From Phallusia mammillata (Eukaryota): DNA of 64,000 bases. A program made the translations under genes and the position numbers. The stretch covers positions 28,830,001-28,894,000 of the forward strand of contig OZ281494.1 of the NCBI GenBank assembly GCA_965637545.1. Direction: 5' to 3'. Under the pieces are notes generated by a model. That model saw only the letters and a list, made by a program, of their open reading frames with translations, was not told where the DNA came from and did not search any database. Positions 63,040-64,000 of this stretch are shown here, in pieces. Position 1 is the stretch's first letter. The number at the start of each line of letters is the position of its first letter.

Positions 63040-64000
63040 GTTTAAACTAAGGTTTGTAATTATTGCGATCTAGGTTAACGCACAAAATCACGTAAAGCAT
63101 GTTTGTAGTGGGCACCCAGTGGTGCAACCCGTAATAATGAAAATTACTTTGATAAGTTTGCATGGTTTATATCTTTATGAATATTATCTCCTTTTGTGGT
63201 TACGCAATTTGGTTTCCGACAAATGAAATGGATAAATAATTTAGGAACTGGTGCGTCGCAAACAAACAGAGCAAAATTTCATTCCCGGTATTTCCCTGTC
63301 CATTAGGTTTGCAAATGGATAGAAACTGTTTTGAAAAAATCTTTGCAAGAATAAATTTTTTTCGTATGCATCTTTAAGTTTAAATACACCACCTTGAGCG
63401 CTTGTGCAATTGTTAAGGGTTTGAAAACAACGGCCGCTATATAAGCCTAAACAAAAAGTCGTGACGGTTTCATGTCTACTTGCCCTGTCATGTAACGTTT
63501 TGGACAACAGACCTTTCGATACCTAGAATTGTCTCCACGAAAAAGTCATAATTTGTTAATAATTTGGCCAATAACGTTGGCTACAATTTAACATACTTCG
63601 GTAACTTGTGTTTACGGAACATTATGGAGTGAAGGATCATTTCCTGACTTCAATTTCGCTTGAGTCAAGGTTCCAATTTTCTTCCATAAAGTTTGTTTCG
63701 TGAATCATAGAAGTTTCCCGAAACTGGTACTATTTTGCATACTTAATGGATTTCGGCAAAGTTATCGCAGTTTATGTTGACCTCGCAATCGATCTCACAA
63801 AAACAAAAACTTACACCCATTGGCCCTGTATAAAACCAGATAACGATCTTTTTGGCTTTTGAATGGCTCGTTTGATTAATTTCGCATGGATTTTCTGTCT
63901 AAGTACGCGCTCCCCGATTTGTATCGTGGCTACTCACACCTTTTTCGCGTCTTTAGCGCTGGAAAAGCAAGCGCCGCGATTAAACGCTTGACATATGTTT

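Noticed and set aside
63241-63451. Possible terminal exon on the minus strand (acceptor TTTTTGTTTAG, GLYSGRCF...RRTSS*)
   Set aside because: No recognisable protein similarity and no compatible upstream exon within the window. It could belong to a gene beyond the right edge but cannot be supported.
1-64000. CRISPR arrays, rRNA, snRNA or prokaryotic operons
   Set aside because: No regularly spaced repeat-spacer pattern and no match by eye to U1, U2, U12, SRP or RNase P conserved segments; the sequence is spliced eukaryotic DNA.

Overview
Eukaryotic genomic DNA with AT-rich introns and compact spliced genes. It is most likely an invertebrate chordate such as an ascidian; that is an inference from gene content and intron style, not a direct observation. 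I reconstructed four genes by hand from splice sites and reading phase. (1) A minus-strand adhesion GPCR of about 1,155 aa with about 12 LRRs, a GAIN/GPS domain, 7TM and a PDZ-type tail (1476-10692). (2) Nicastrin, 17 exons, 700 aa (15326-22779, +). (3) A very large PEAK1/PRAG1-like pseudokinase scaffold of at least 2,689 aa (24795-44228, -), whose true start is probably about 10 kb further upstream. (4) A galanin receptor, 4 exons, 437 aa (56739-61177, +). Introns and intergenic DNA carry hAT MITEs with 8-bp target duplications, TA-flanked pogo/Tc-type MITEs, a tRNA-Thr-derived foldback and a LINE scrap. The most notable observations are a Penelope-type minimal hammerhead ribozyme motif in sense orientation in the pseudokinase intron upstream of all pseudokinase-domain exons, the LRR-GAIN receptor without Ig or HormR domains, nicastrin DYIGS changed to DNLGT, two GC-AG introns, and candidate cassette or poison exons in nicastrin. 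No prokaryotic features or CRISPR arrays were seen.
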